The position numbers and the translations under genes are program-made. The notes under the pieces were generated by a model. That model did no database searches, had not been told where the DNA came from, and was given only the letters and a program-made list of their open reading frames with translations. A stretch of 64,000 bases of DNA from Candidatus Caldatribacterium sp. Lineage in GTDB: Bacteria > Atribacterota > Atribacteria > Atribacterales > Caldatribacteriaceae. The first letter of the stretch is position 1. Each line of letters opens with the position of its first letter. The stretch is from assembly GCA_028275365.1 (NCBI GenBank), contig JAPWUU010000002.1:9515-73514 (forward strand), in the 5' to 3' direction. Below are positions 32,575-44,368 of this stretch, one piece after another.

Positions 32575-35368
32575 GATTGTCATTCGTGGAGCACGAGAAC
32601 ACAACCTGAAAAACGTGGACCTTGAGATTCCCCGGAACCGGTTTGTGGTTATCACCGGTCTCAGTGGGTCGGGAAAGTCTTCCCTTGCTTTTGACACCAT
32701 TTACGCCGAAGGACAGAGGAGGTACCTTGAGTCCCTTTCTTCTTACGCCCGACAGTTCTTGGAGCGGATGGAGAAGCCCGATGTGGACTCTATCGAGGGA
32801 CTCTCTCCGGCGATTGCCATCAACCAGAAGGTGTCATCCCATAACCCTCGTTCCACTGTGGGAACGGTCACGGAGATTTACGACTACATGAGGGTGCTTT
32901 TCGCCCGATGTGGCAAGGTTTTCTGTCCCCAGTGCGGGAAGCCCATTGCTCGCCAGACGGTGCAGCAGATTACCGACGAAATCCTCTCCCTTCCCCAGGG
33001 GTCCAGGGTCCTCATCATGGCTCCTCTGGTACGGGGAAGGAAGGGGGAGTACCGGAAGCTCCTTGCCGATCTCTTCAAAAACGGATTCGCCCGGGTTCGC
33101 GTCAACGGGGAAATCTTTGACTTGGAAGAGTGGGAGAGCATAGAGCTTGACCGGAACAAAAAACACGACATCGACCTTATCGTTGACCGGATCATCATTG
33201 AGGAGGATATCGAACGCCGGGTGAGCGATTCCGTGGAAATCGCCCTTCGCTACGGGAAGGGTGTGCTCAAAGTTGGGATATGGGAGGAAGGGACGATAAA
33301 GGAACTCCTTTTCAGCGAACGTTTCGCGTGTGTGGACTGTGGGGTGAACTTCCCGGAGATTACTCCCCGGATGTTCTCTTTCAATAACCCTTACGGAGCC
33401 TGTCCTCGCTGCAGTGGTCTGGGGTTTCTTGCCTTTGTGGATCCGGATCTCGTGGTGCCCGATTATTCGAAAAGCATCGACGAGGGAGCTATTGTTCCCT
33501 GGGACCATCTGGATCCGGAGAGCTACTGGGGAGCACGGATTCGTCGGGCTTTTGCTGCACGGGGCATCCCGACCAACCGGCCATTCCGGGATCTCACCGA
33601 GGAGGAGCGGAATTTCATCCTCTACGGCGATGGAGTCTTTGAAGGCATCATCCCTATTCTTGAGCGAAAGCTTGCCAGTGCCCAGGACTGGTGGGAGCAG
33701 GAAGAGATTGCCCCGTTCCTCTCAACCAGGGTGTGTCCTGAGTGTCAGGGAGATCGCCTCCGAAAGGAAAGCCTTTCGGTGAAGATTCAAGGGTTCTCCA
33801 TTGGGGACCTTTCCCGCCTGACCATTGGGGAACTTCTTGAGTTTTTCGAAAACCTTAGCTTCTCCGGGAACGAGGCGGTCATTGCAGAACCGGTGCTGCG
33901 AGAAATCCGTTCCCGCTTGGGCTTTCTGAAGGAGGTCGGTCTTGAGTACCTGACCCTCAACCGCTCTGCCGCCACCCTTTCCGGTGGAGAGGCGCAGAGA
34001 ATACGCCTGGCAACACAGATTGGCTCTGGTCTTGTGGGGGTTCTCTACGTCCTCGATGAGCCCACCATCGGTCTCCATCCCCGGGACAACCAGAAGCTTA
34101 TTGCCATCTTGAAGAAACTCCGGGACCTTGGGAACACGGTGATCGTGGTGGAACACGATGCCGAAACCATCAGGAGTGCAGACTTTGTGGTGGATATTGG
34201 TCCTGGAGCGGGGGAGAAAGGTGGGAGGGTTGTGGCCTCGGGTTCACCCCAGGAAATCATGGAGAATCCCGAAAGCCTGACCGGACTCTATCTCAGTGGT
34301 CGAAGGTGCATCCCTGTACCTACCAGGAGAAAGCCCCCGGGAGATGAATGGCTTGTGGTGCGAGGTGCCCGGGCAAATAACCTCAAGAACATCACGGTGA
34401 GCATTCCCCTTGGGCTTCTTGTGGGCATCACGGGGGTTTCCGGTTCAGGGAAAAGCACGCTCCTTTATGATATCCTGTACCGGGGACTTTCTCGAATCCT
34501 CCATGGGTCCAGAGAGGTTGCCGGAGACCACGATGCCATTGAAGGTGTGGAGTACATCGATAAAGTCATCGTGATCGACCAGTCCTCAATCGGGCGAACC
34601 CCTCGTTCAAATCCTGCCACCTACACCGGGGTTTTCACCGATATCCGGACGCTTTTTGCTCAGCTTCCAGAATCCAGAGCCCGGGGGTACAAACCAGGAC
34701 GATTCAGCTTTAACCTCAAGGGTGGGCGGTGTGAGGCCTGTCAGGGGAATGGCGTCATCAAAATTGAGATGCATTTTCTCCCGGATGTCTTTGTGACCTG
34801 CGAGCAGTGCCAGGGGAAGCGCTACGGCAGGGAGACGCTCGACATCAAGTATAAAGGGAAGAACATCGCCGACGTTTTAGACATGAGCGTTGACGAGGCC
34901 ATGGAGTTCTTTGAACACATCCCTCCTATCCGGCGCAAACTCGAGGTGCTCCAGCGGGTTGGTCTGGGGTACATCAAACTCGGACAGCCGGCTACAACCC
35001 TCTCTGGTGGAGAGGCGCAGCGGGTGAAGCTCGCACGGGAACTCGGGAAGGTGGCAACGGGAAGGACCCTGTATCTTCTTGATGAACCGACCACCGGGCT
35101 GCACTTTGCCGATGTTGAGAAACTCCTCTCGGTGCTGCTTGAGCTTCGGGACCGAGGGAACACTGTGCTCATCATCGAGCATAACCTTGACGTCATCAAA
35201 TCGTGTGACTATCTCATCGACCTGGGTCCTGAGGGAGGAGAGAAGGGTGGCTACATCGTTGCTCAGGGAACTCCGGAAGAAGTCGCTCAGGTTCCCTCCT
35301 CCTACACAGGCCAGTTCCTGAGAGAGGTGCTGCAGGCTGACCGAAAGAAAGCACTATGTCCCCTTTGA
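32561..35368 (+). CDS. uvrA: Excinuclease ABC subunit A
   Basis: [17 protein letters not shown], two LSGGEAQR signatures, zinc fingers. Confidence 0.98.
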   Translation: MQDGKIVIRGAREHNLKNVDLEIPRNRFVVITGLSGSGKSSLAFDTIYAEGQRRYLESLSSYARQFLERMEKPDVDSIEGLSPAIAINQKVSSHNPRSTVGTVTEIYDYMRVLFARCGKVFCPQCGKPIARQTVQQITDEILSLPQGSRVLIMAPLVRGRKGEYRKLLADLFKNGFARVRVNGEIFDLEEWESIELDRNKKHDIDLIVDRIIIEEDIERRVSDSVEIALRYGKGVLKVGIWEEGTIKELLFSERFACVDCGVNFPEITPRMFSFNNPYGACPRCSGLGFLAFVDPDLVVPDYSKSIDEGAIVPWDHLDPESYWGARIRRAFAARGIPTNRPFRDLTEEERNFILYGDGVFEGIIPILERKLASAQDWWEQEEIAPFLSTRVCPECQGDRLRKESLSVKIQGFSIGDLSRLTIGELLEFFENLSFSGNEAVIAEPVLREIRSRLGFLKEVGLEYLTLNRSAATLSGGEAQRIRLATQIGSGLVGVLYVLDEPTIGLHPRDNQKLIAILKKLRDLGNTVIVVEHDAETIRSADFVVDIGPGAGEKGGRVVASGSPQEIMENPESLTGLYLSGRRCIPVPTRRKPPGDEWLVVRGARANNLKNITVSIPLGLLVGITGVSGSGKSTLLYDILYRGLSRILHGSREVAGDHDAIEGVEYIDKVIVIDQSSIGRTPRSNPATYTGVFTDIRTLFAQLPESRARGYKPGRFSFNLKGGRCEACQGNGVIKIEMHFLPDVFVTCEQCQGKRYGRETLDIKYKGKNIADVLDMSVDEAMEFFEHIPPIRRKLEVLQRVGLGYIKLGQPATTLSGGEAQRVKLARELGKVATGRTLYLLDEPTTGLHFADVEKLLSVLLELRDRGNTVLIIEHNLDVIKSCDYLIDLGPEGGEKGGYIVAQGTPEEVAQVPSSYTGQFLREVLQADRKKALCPL

Positions 35369-35369
35369 G

Positions 35370-37187
35370 GTGAAACGGGAGGACCTTGACTGCCTTCCTG
35401 TGGAATGCGGGGTGTACGTCCTGAAGGACGGTGAAGGTCAGGTCCTTTATGTCGGGAAGGCTGTGAACATCCTCAAGAGGGTGAAGTCCCATTTCTACCG
35501 GGCTTCTTCCCCTCTTAAAGAGGGAATGCTTGAGGCCGTTGCGTCGGTGCAGTACTTTGTGACAGGGAACGAACATGAGGCGCTCCTCCTTGAGGAGGAA
35601 CTGATCAAACGTTTCCGTCCTCCTTACAACCTCCGTTTACGGGATGACAAGAGTTATCCTTACATCCTCTTTGAGACGAGGGGGGATTTCCCTGCGGTTC
35701 GGTTTGCCCGAAAAAAGACCGGAGGCGAAGGGGTGTATTTTGGACCCTTCACAGATTCCCGGAAGACCCGGGAGGGCCTGAAGCTCCTCCGGTCGATTTT
35801 TCGTCTGCGGGGATGCACCATTCCTGAATCCTCTTTCCCTCTTCGCCGGCCCTGCATCGATTTTGAGCTTGGTCTCTGTGGAGCTCCCTGTGTGGGCCGC
35901 ATGAGCCGGGCGGAGTACCAGGAGAACTTCAGGAAGGCCGTGGATTTCCTCAACGGAAAGTACGAGGAAATCGCCCGGTGGATTGAGGATGAGATGTGGA
36001 AAGCTGCAGATGCCCTGGATTTTGAGCGGGCCATCTACTACCGGGAAAAGCTTGAGGCCCTCCAGAAAGTTGCAACGCGGTACCGCTTAGTCCTTTCGCA
36101 GCCCGAAGACATTGACTTTGTGGAAGTTGTCCGCGATGAAGAAGTCGCGCTTTTTGTGGTGCTCCGCGTTCGCCAGGGAAGGCTCATCGGGAGCGAGAGC
36201 TTTGTTGCCTCGTCTTTGGGATGGCAAAGTAAGGAGGCGCTCCTTCGGGAGTTCCTGGAACAGATATACCTCCACGCTTTCCACTTTCCCAGGCGGGTGT
36301 GTGTGGCGGTGGAGCATCTGGAGGTTCTCCGGGAACTCAGTGAGTTCTTCCCCTTTACGGTTACCCCTCCCTGCAGTGGTGAGGAGGAGGAAATGATGTT
36401 TCTGGCTTTAGAGAACGCTCAGAGGAGCCTTGAGGCGGAGGTGCTCAGACGCAAAAAACGAGAGCGAGCGTCAACGGAGCTCCTTCGGGGTCTTCAGAAT
36501 GTCCTTGGACTTCCCTCTTTCCCTCGCCTTGTGGAGGGTGTGGATATCTCCACTTTTCAGGGTGAAGAGGCTGTGGGGGTGGTGGTAGCCTTCCTTGACG
36601 GGGTTCCATACCCCAAAGGGTACCGAAGATTCGTCGTGAAAGGTGAGGGTCACCCCGACGACTTTGGCATGATGCGGGAGGTTCTCGTCCGGCATTTCCG
36701 GAGGTTGCAGTCGGGGGAAGGGAGCCTTCCTGACCTTCTACTCCTTGATGGGGGGCGGGGGCAGCTCAACGTGGCGCTTGAGGTATTCCGGGAACTCGGC
36801 GTTTCCTGTCCGGTGCTTGCTCTGGCCAAGGAGTTTGAGGAGATTTACCTTCCCGAGAGGGCTACACCCCTTGCGCTTCCCCCTCACTCTGAAGTTCTGC
36901 AGTTCCTGCAGCGGGTGAGAAACGAAGCGCACCGTTTTGCTGTGACCTTCCACCGAGTGCGGAGGAACAAGAAGTCCTTTGGTTCGCTCCTTGAGGAGGT
37001 GGAAGGTATCGGGCCAAAGCGGCGGGAGAAGATTCTTGCTGCCTTTGAGGATTTGCGATCACTCTGTGAAGCGGATCCTAAAGAAGTCAGTAGACGCCTG
37101 AGGATTCCCCAGGAGGTCATCGCCCGTCTTAAAGAGCGGCTTCAAGAGGTTTACCAACATGGACTTTCGGGCTCTTCTTCAGGATGA
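35370..37187 (+). CDS. uvrC: Excinuclease ABC subunit C
   Basis: GVY..LYVGKA, DDKSYPY, Cys cluster, DIS, DGGRGQ, RNEAHRFA, HhH GIGPK. Confidence 0.96.
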   Translation: MKREDLDCLPVECGVYVLKDGEGQVLYVGKAVNILKRVKSHFYRASSPLKEGMLEAVASVQYFVTGNEHEALLLEEELIKRFRPPYNLRLRDDKSYPYILFETRGDFPAVRFARKKTGGEGVYFGPFTDSRKTREGLKLLRSIFRLRGCTIPESSFPLRRPCIDFELGLCGAPCVGRMSRAEYQENFRKAVDFLNGKYEEIARWIEDEMWKAADALDFERAIYYREKLEALQKVATRYRLVLSQPEDIDFVEVVRDEEVALFVVLRVRQGRLIGSESFVASSLGWQSKEALLREFLEQIYLHAFHFPRRVCVAVEHLEVLRELSEFFPFTVTPPCSGEEEEMMFLALENAQRSLEAEVLRRKKRERASTELLRGLQNVLGLPSFPRLVEGVDISTFQGEEAVGVVVAFLDGVPYPKGYRRFVVKGEGHPDDFGMMREVLVRHFRRLQSGEGSLPDLLLLDGGRGQLNVALEVFRELGVSCPVLALAKEFEEIYLPERATPLALPPHSEVLQFLQRVRNEAHRFAVTFHRVRRNKKSFGSLLEEVEGIGPKRREKILAAFEDLRSLCEADPKEVSRRLRIPQEVIARLKERLQEVYQHGLSGSSSG

Positions 37188-38058
37188 GCTCTGTGCCCTT
37201 TTTCCTCCCGAGAAAGAGCGGCGAAGGGCTGAATTTGCTGGTCTTTTGAGGAGTGGCGTGATCCGGAAGGGAGAAGAAGGACTTTTCCTTTGCCTCTCAC
37301 ATTCCTCTCTTGCTCCTCTAAAGAAGTGCCTGGTCCTTAAGAGAGAATTCTCCCCTCTTGCGCCTTATGAGCTTGGACGCTCCAGGGAACGGGGTATTCG
37401 TTCGGGGCTTTTTTATCGCCTGGAAATCGGCATTTCCGAGGCGGTCCTTGAGGATTTCGGATTCTACGATGTTTCTGTCCTTACTGGTTTTCTTAAAGAA
37501 GAGGTTGCTGCGGACTTCATCCGGGGGGTTTTTGAACTCCGGGGGTATGTGGGAGACCCCCTGCGGAGCTATCAGCTCGAGATTCGGTTTCCCTCAAGGG
37601 CATGGGCACTCCTTGTCCAGGAAACCCTCAAAGCCCGGGGGATACCCCTTCGCTGCCGCCAAGTCAAAAGCGAGTGGCACCTCTACACCAAAAACGCGGA
37701 GACTATCGGTCTTTTCCTGGGGTACCTTGGGGCCTTCCGGAGTCACCTGGAACTCGAGCGCCTACGTGTGGAGAAGGAAACGGTCAATGACCTCACCCGC
37801 TGGGTGAATTACACCACCTCAAACCTTGAGCGGACCGTCCGGTCCTCGCTGCGTCAGCGGGAGAAAATCAGAAGTCTTCCTCTGGAATTGCTTCCGCCAA
37901 GGCTCCGAGAGATTGCCCTTTTGAGAATCCGTTACCCCTATGCTTCACTCCGGGAGCTTGGGAGTTACTGTTCACCTCCTGTTTCCAAGGGCGAGGTGTA
38001 CCGTCGGCTGAAAGCCCTGGAGGAAGCGGCGGAAAGGTTCCAGGAGAAATCCATGTGA
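37159..38058 (+). CDS. whiA: DNA-binding protein WhiA
   Basis: FIRGVF..DPLRSYQLEI, LREIALLR..YPYASLRELG..PPVSKGEVYRRL; follows uvrC. Confidence 0.85.
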   Translation: MDFRALLQDELCALFPPEKERRRAEFAGLLRSGVIRKGEEGLFLCLSHSSLAPLKKCLVLKREFSPLAPYELGRSRERGIRSGLFYRLEIGISEAVLEDFGFYDVSVLTGFLKEEVAADFIRGVFELRGYVGDPLRSYQLEIRFPSRAWALLVQETLKARGIPLRCRQVKSEWHLYTKNAETIGLFLGYLGAFRSHLELERLRVEKETVNDLTRWVNYTTSNLERTVRSSLRQREKIRSLPLELLPPRLREIALLRIRYPYASLRELGSYCSPPVSKGEVYRRLKALEEAAERFQEKSM

Positions 38059-38067
38059 CCTGAAGGG

Positions 38068-38096
38068 TTTACAGAATGTGAACAATCTTCTAAAAT
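38068..38096 (+). promoter_or_regulatory. Sigma70-type promoter for the MsmX/MalK gene
   Basis: TTTACA, 17 nt, TAAAAT. Confidence 0.65.
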
Positions 38097-38155
38097 GTCT
38101 TTTGGAGAGTTTCCCTGTGTGTAGTTTCATTCTGGTGAAAAAAGGGGGAGCATAA

Positions 38156-39262
38156 ATGGCGAGTGTGACTCTGAAGAACGTGGTGAAGCGGTTCGGAGAC
38201 GTTATTGCGGTGAACAACGTGAGCCTTGAGATCAAAGACCAGGAGTTCGTCGTTCTCGTTGGTCCTTCAGGGTGCGGGAAAACCACGACGCTTCGGATGA
38301 TTGCGGGGTTAGAGGAAGTGGATGAAGGCGAAATCTACATCGACGACGTTCTGGTAAACGACGTCCCCCCGAAAGATCGGGACATCGCCATGGTTTTCCA
38401 GAACTACGCGCTCTACCCCCACATGAATGTCTACGACAACATGGCTTTTGGTCTTCGGCTTCGCAAGTTCCCCAAAGATGAAATCGATCGGCGGGTGAAG
38501 GAAGCCGCGGAAATTCTGGGGATTCAGGAGCTCCTCTACCGGAAGCCAAAGCAGCTCTCCGGTGGTCAGAGGCAGCGTGTGGCCGTTGGTCGAGCCATTG
38601 TCCGTCACCCCAAAGTTTTCCTCTTCGATGAGCCCCTCTCCAACCTCGACGCGAAGCTCCGGGTGCAGATGAGGGCAGAGCTTGCCAAGCTCCACGACCG
38701 TCTCAAGACCACGATGATCTACGTCACTCACGACCAGGTGGAGGCCATGACCCTGGGGGACCGGATTGTGGTCATGCGGGACGGAGTGGTCCAGCAGGTA
38801 GGAACTCCTCTTGAGCTCTACAACAAACCCATCAACAAGTTCGTCGCCGGTTTCATCGGTACTCCTTCTATGAACTTCCTCGACGTAGTGCTCAAGAAGG
38901 AGAACGACACCCTTATCCTCGATGGAGGGTCCTTCAGGATCAAGGTACCGGCAGAGTACAAAGCGCCACTTGAACCCTATGTGAACAAGGAAGTCACCTT
39001 CGGTATTCGTCCCCAGGATGTGTACGACCTTGCGGTCTCGAAGGAAATGTTGCGGGACGATGGCAATGCCATTGACGCCGTGGTGGATGTTATTGAGCCT
39101 CTGGGTTCCGAGCAAATCATCTACCTCACCTCTGGTCCGCACACCATTGTTGCCGTTCTTGACATGCAGACCCATACGGAAGTTGGGGCCAGCATGAAGA
39201 TTGTAGTGGATACGAGTAAGATGCACGTTTTCGATGTCAACACCGAACGGGCCATCATATGA
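38156..39262 (+). CDS. Stand-alone carbohydrate ABC ATPase (MsmX/MalK family)
   Basis: [40 protein letters not shown]-terminal TOBE/OB region. Confidence 0.93.
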   Translation: MASVTLKNVVKRFGDVIAVNNVSLEIKDQEFVVLVGPSGCGKTTTLRMIAGLEEVDEGEIYIDDVLVNDVPPKDRDIAMVFQNYALYPHMNVYDNMAFGLRLRKFPKDEIDRRVKEAAEILGIQELLYRKPKQLSGGQRQRVAVGRAIVRHPKVFLFDEPLSNLDAKLRVQMRAELAKLHDRLKTTMIYVTHDQVEAMTLGDRIVVMRDGVVQQVGTPLELYNKPINKFVAGFIGTPSMNFLDVVLKKENDTLILDGGSFRIKVPAEYKAPLEPYVNKEVTFGIRPQDVYDLAVSKEMLRDDGNAIDAVVDVIEPLGSEQIIYLTSGPHTIVAVLDMQTHTEVGASMKIVVDTSKMHVFDVNTERAII

Positions 39263-39267
39263 GGTGC

Positions 39268-39313
39268 AAGGCAAGAAAAAAGGGCACCGTACGGTGCCCT
39301 TTTTTCTTGCCTT
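39268..39313. terminator. Perfect 46-bp palindrome; bidirectional intrinsic terminator
   Basis: aaggcaagaaaaaagggcaccgt|acggtgcccttttttcttgcctt. Confidence 0.85.
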
Positions 39314-39347
39314 ATTTCAGGAATTCGGGTATGATAAAATGCTTTAG

Positions 39348-40370
<1,023 letters not shown>

Positions 40371-40382
40371 GAGGGAAGCTTC

Positions 40383-41171
40383 ATGAATCGCACACTGATT
40401 GCTGCCGGAAACTGGAAGATGCACAAGACCATCGGGGAAGCCTCGGCATATGCCGAGGCTTTCCTTTCCAGAATGCGGGAATTTCAGGGCCTCGAGGTCG
40501 TTATCTGCCCACCTTTCACGGCTTTACCGGTACTGCGAGACCGGTTTTGCCAGACTCCAGTGCGGCTTGGGGCACAGAATGTCCACTGGGAGGTCCAGGG
40601 AGCCTTCACCGGGGAGATTTCTGCCTGCATGTTGCAGGAACTCGGGTGCCGGTACGTGATTGTGGGACATTCGGAACGGCGGCATATCTTCCGCGAGACC
40701 TCCGAGGAAGTGGGCCGGAAGGTGAAGACGCTCTGCAGCTTTCACCTTTCCCCCATTCTCTGTGTTGGGGAGACCCTGAGCGAGCGGGAGGCAGGGAAAA
40801 CCCGGGAGGTTGTGCAGGAGCAGCTCCTTCAGGGTATTGCCCATCTCACCCCTGAGGAGGCACAGTCCTTGGTGATTGCTTACGAGCCGGTATGGGCCAT
40901 TGGCACCGGTAGGGCCTCAACACCCCAGGATGCCGAGGAGGTTATCCGGTTCATCCGTGAGGAGCTTGCCGGGCGATTCGGTCAGGAGGTTGCGTCGGGT
41001 ATCCGTATCCTTTATGGGGGGAGCGTCACCCCGGAGAACGTCTTCGACTTTGTGGTTCAGGAGAACATCGACGGGACGCTTGTTGGTGGTGCCAGCCTCG
41101 ACCCGGGGAAGTTTCTGAAAATCGTGGAAGAGACGGAACGGGCGTTTCTGAGAAAGAGTGGAGGAGCTTGA
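40383..41171 (+). CDS. tpiA: Triosephosphate isomerase
   Basis: GNWKM, GHSERR, AYEPVWAIGTG, YGGSV, VGGASL. Confidence 0.98.
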   Translation: MNRTLIAAGNWKMHKTIGEASAYAEAFLSRMREFQGLEVVICPPFTALPVLRDRFCQTPVRLGAQNVHWEVQGAFTGEISACMLQELGCRYVIVGHSERRHIFRETSEEVGRKVKTLCSFHLSPILCVGETLSEREAGKTREVVQEQLLQGIAHLTPEEAQSLVIAYEPVWAIGTGRASTPQDAEEVIRFIREELAGRFGQEVASGIRILYGGSVTPENVFDFVVQENIDGTLVGGASLDPGKFLKIVEETERAFLRKSGGA

Positions 41172-41174
41172 GGC

Positions 41175-41402
41175 ATGGAAGGATGGATGGTTGTCCAGAT
41201 TGTGGTATCTGTGGCGCTCATTCTCGTTGTCGTCCTCCAGCCCCGAAAATCTGGCGTTGGCGGAGGGATATTCGGGGGCATGACCCGGGCAGACCGAAGT
41301 GCGAAGTTTCGAGCTCTCCCGATTCTGAGCAAACTCACCGTTGTCTTTGGCGTCGCCCTAATGGTGCTTTCGCTGGTGTTCTCACTGCTTCTTGTCCGGT
41401 GA
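41175..41402 (+). CDS. secG: Preprotein translocase subunit SecG
   Basis: Two TM segments, VVLQ..G.GGGIFGG, LSKLT; follows tpiA. Confidence 0.85.
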   Translation: MEGWMVVQIVVSVALILVVVLQPRKSGVGGGIFGGMTRADRSAKFRALPILSKLTVVFGVALMVLSLVFSLLLVR

Positions 41403-41412
41403 GGGAGAGGGA

Positions 41413-42453
41413 ATGTCGAAGCGACCGTGGCTTTCGTCGCTTGAAGAGGTTGAAGCCTTTCAGGTAGGGAAGGAGAGGCTTTTCTATTCTGCAACCCACG
41501 AGGAAATCCGAAAGGGGTACACCACAGATGTCTACTTTGTGACGGCCCAGGAGATTCTCCGCCACCTGAAGCTTGCCGATACCGTGGTGACTGCCGAGGT
41601 TTTCCCCCGCCGTCCCGGTGTCCTCTGCGGGGTTTCAGAGGTCCTGAATCTCCTTTCGGAGAGCAACGTCGAAATCTGGGGGCTTGAGGAAGGAGAGGAG
41701 TTTGCCGCTAAGGAGGTGATCATGCGCATTCGAGGGCCGTATTCAGAATTTGGGATTTTCGAAACGCCTCTTCTTGGCATCCTCGCCCACAGTTCCGGGT
41801 GGGCAACGGCGGCCAGAGAGTGCAAGAGGGCTGCCGGGGAAAAACTCGTGCTCTCTTTTGGTGCCCGTCACGTACATCCTGCGGTGGCTCCGGTGCTTGA
41901 ACGGGCAGCACTCGTGGGGGGCGTGGATGGTGCGGCGTGTCTTCTCGGGGCCAAGCTCTTTGGGAAGGAGCCGGGAGGAACAATCCCTCACGCAGTCATC
42001 CTCATCGTGGGGGATACGGTCATCACGGCTAAGGCCTTTGAGGAGGCTATTCCGGAGCGCTTCCCCCGAATCATCCTCGTGGACACCTTCAAGGACGAGG
42101 CTGAGGAGTCTCTCCGGGTGGCAAGAGTTCTTGGGGAGAGGCTTTCTGGGGTTCGTCTGGACACCCCTGACGAGCGAGGAGGGGTTACCCCGGCCCTGGT
42201 GGAGGAGGTCCGGGAGCGGCTGCGGCAGGCCGGTTTCCCTCATGTGAAGATTGTGGTCTCGGGAGGGCTGAATCCAGAGAGGATTGCCCTTTTACGGGAC
42301 AAGGCGGACGTTTTTGGGGTGGGGAGCTACATCAGCAGTGCTCCACCCATCGACATGACCATGGACATCAAGGAGGTTGCGGGGCAGAACGTGGCCAAGC
42401 GTGGGAGAATCCCGGGGATCATCCCCAATCCCCGCCTGAAGCGATTGAAGTGA
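41413..42453 (+). CDS. Nicotinate phosphoribosyltransferase (short type)
   Basis: TDVYF, FGARH, GTIPH, LVDTF, VRLDTP, SGGL, FGVG, DIKEV. Confidence 0.85.
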   Translation: MSKRPWLSSLEEVEAFQVGKERLFYSATHEEIRKGYTTDVYFVTAQEILRHLKLADTVVTAEVFPRRPGVLCGVSEVLNLLSESNVEIWGLEEGEEFAAKEVIMRIRGPYSEFGIFETPLLGILAHSSGWATAARECKRAAGEKLVLSFGARHVHPAVAPVLERAALVGGVDGAACLLGAKLFGKEPGGTIPHAVILIVGDTVITAKAFEEAIPERFPRIILVDTFKDEAEESLRVARVLGERLSGVRLDTPDERGGVTPALVEEVRERLRQAGFPHVKIVVSGGLNPERIALLRDKADVFGVGSYISSAPPIDMTMDIKEVAGQNVAKRGRIPGIIPNPRLKRLK

Positions 42454-42466
42454 GGAGGTGCGAGGA

Positions 42467-44308
42467 GTGAAAAGGTTTCTGGTCGTCCTTGGTTGCGTGT
42501 TCTTTGCTCTTTTGGGTGTGCTGCCTGTCTTTGCAGAGGTCAAGAATCCCGACACGTACATTTACCTTAGCACCGGGGAACCAGATACCCTTGACCCGCA
42601 CTATGCGTACGATACGGCAAGCGGTGAAGTGATCAACTTCGTATACGAGAACCTCATCGCCTACAAGGGTGAGAGCGTCACCGAGTTCGTCCCCCGCCTG
42701 GCGACTGAGGTTCCCACCGTTGAGAATGGGCTCGTTCGGGACGGGGGGAAGACCTATGTGTTCCCCATCCGCAAGGGTGTGAAATTCCACAACGGGAACG
42801 AGCTCACCCCTGAAGATGTGGAGTACAGTTTCGAACGGGGCATCCTCTTTGACCCCTACGCAGGACCCATGTGGATGCTCATCGAGGCTCTCTTTGGCTA
42901 CGAGACCCTCGAGGACTTTGTGAAGGACAAGGTGGGTATTGCCTGGAGCGACATGGTTGATGAAGAAGGCAACCTCAAAAGCGAAGAGTACCGCCAGAAG
43001 CTCATCGATTTCTACACCACGTACATTGACCCGGCTGTTGAGGTCGAGGGGGACAGTGTGGTCTTCCACCTTTCAAGGCCTTTCGAGCCCTTCCTGAGAA
43101 TCCTTGCCCAGAACGCAAGCTGGAGTGCCATCCTTGACAAGGAGACCTGTATCTCCCTGGGTCTCTGGGACGGTCAGGCCGACGGATGGTGGAAGTACCA
43201 CAACTGGAAGAAGGAGAAGAGCCCTCTCTACGAAAAGGCCATTGGGACCGGACCCTTCAAGCTCCTTGAGTGGGACAGGACCCAGCAGAAAGTCACCCTG
43301 GTCAGGAATGACGAGTACTGGGGAGAGAAGCCGAAACTCGCCAAGGTCATCATCTGGGGCGTTGATGAGTGGAGCACACGGCGTTCCATGCTTGAGGCTG
43401 GGGATGCGGACCAGATTTACACACCCCTCCAGTACCTGGACCAGGTGAAAGGACTGCCAGGAGTCGTCATCGAGAAAGGTTCCCGCCTCACCATCACGGC
43501 GCTCCACTTCAACTGGACGGTGGCCAAGGACAGCAAATACCTTGGGAGTGGGAAGCTCGACGGCGAGGGCATTCCGCCGGATTTCTTCAGCGACGTCCAT
43601 GTGCGGAAGGCTTTTTCGTACGCCTTTGACTACGACACCTTCATTGCGCAGGTCCTCAAAGGATACGGACACCGCGTTCCTTCGGTTATTCCACGGGGAC
43701 TCATCGGCTTCAGCGAAAATCTCCCCATGTACCCCTTTGACCTTGAGAAGGCAAAGGAAGAATTCCAGAAAGCCTGGAATGGTGAGCTCTGGGAGAAAGG
43801 CTTTAAGCTTACGCTCCTCTACAATACCGGGAACGAGGCTCGCCAGACGGCCTGCGAGATGCTCAAGGAGAACATCGAATCGCTGAACCCGAAGTTCCGA
43901 ATCGAGGTTCAGGGGGTCCAGTGGCCGACCTACCTTGACGCCTACAGGCAGGGGCAGCTTCCGGCATTCATCATCGGGTGGCTTGCCGATTACCCGGATC
44001 CGCACAACTTCATCTTCACCTACTATCACAGTAACGGCGTGTACGGAACGACCCAGGGAGAGGCATTCCGGAAATTCGCCGAAGAGAACCTCGACGCCCT
44101 GATTGAAAAGGCCATTGAGGAAACGGATCCCGCCAAGCGGCAGGCCATGTACGAGGAAATCCAGAGAATCGCCTATGAAAACGCCCTTGGCATGCCCCTG
44201 TATCAGCCGGAAGAGGTCTATGCCATGCGGAGCTGGGTGAAGGGCTGGATGTTCAACCCCATGCGTCCTGGAGAAGTCAACTATGACGGTGTGTGGAAAG
44301 AAGAGTGA
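42467..44308 (+). CDS. Family 5 (Opp/Dpp) ABC substrate-binding protein
   Basis: Signal peptide, TLDPHYAYD, IRKGVKFHNG, GTGPFKL, GWLADYPDP. Confidence 0.92.
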   Translation: MKRFLVVLGCVFFALLGVLPVFAEVKNPDTYIYLSTGEPDTLDPHYAYDTASGEVINFVYENLIAYKGESVTEFVPRLATEVPTVENGLVRDGGKTYVFPIRKGVKFHNGNELTPEDVEYSFERGILFDPYAGPMWMLIEALFGYETLEDFVKDKVGIAWSDMVDEEGNLKSEEYRQKLIDFYTTYIDPAVEVEGDSVVFHLSRPFEPFLRILAQNASWSAILDKETCISLGLWDGQADGWWKYHNWKKEKSPLYEKAIGTGPFKLLEWDRTQQKVTLVRNDEYWGEKPKLAKVIIWGVDEWSTRRSMLEAGDADQIYTPLQYLDQVKGLPGVVIEKGSRLTITALHFNWTVAKDSKYLGSGKLDGEGIPPDFFSDVHVRKAFSYAFDYDTFIAQVLKGYGHRVPSVIPRGLIGFSENLPMYPFDLEKAKEEFQKAWNGELWEKGFKLTLLYNTGNEARQTACEMLKENIESLNPKFRIEVQGVQWPTYLDAYRQGQLPAFIIGWLADYPDPHNFIFTYYHSNGVYGTTQGEAFRKFAEENLDALIEKAIEETDPAKRQAMYEEIQRIAYENALGMPLYQPEEVYAMRSWVKGWMFNPMRPGEVNYDGVWKEE

Positions 44309-44326
44309 GGTGACACTGTGCTGGAA

Positions 44327-44354
44327 CCCCATGGGGACTGTGGTCCCCATGGGG
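44327..44354 (+). other. GC-rich stem-loop between SBP and permease genes
   Basis: ccccatggggac-tgtg-gtccccatgggg; no U tract. Confidence 0.7.
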
Positions 44355-44368
44355 CCTGGTTCGCGCTT

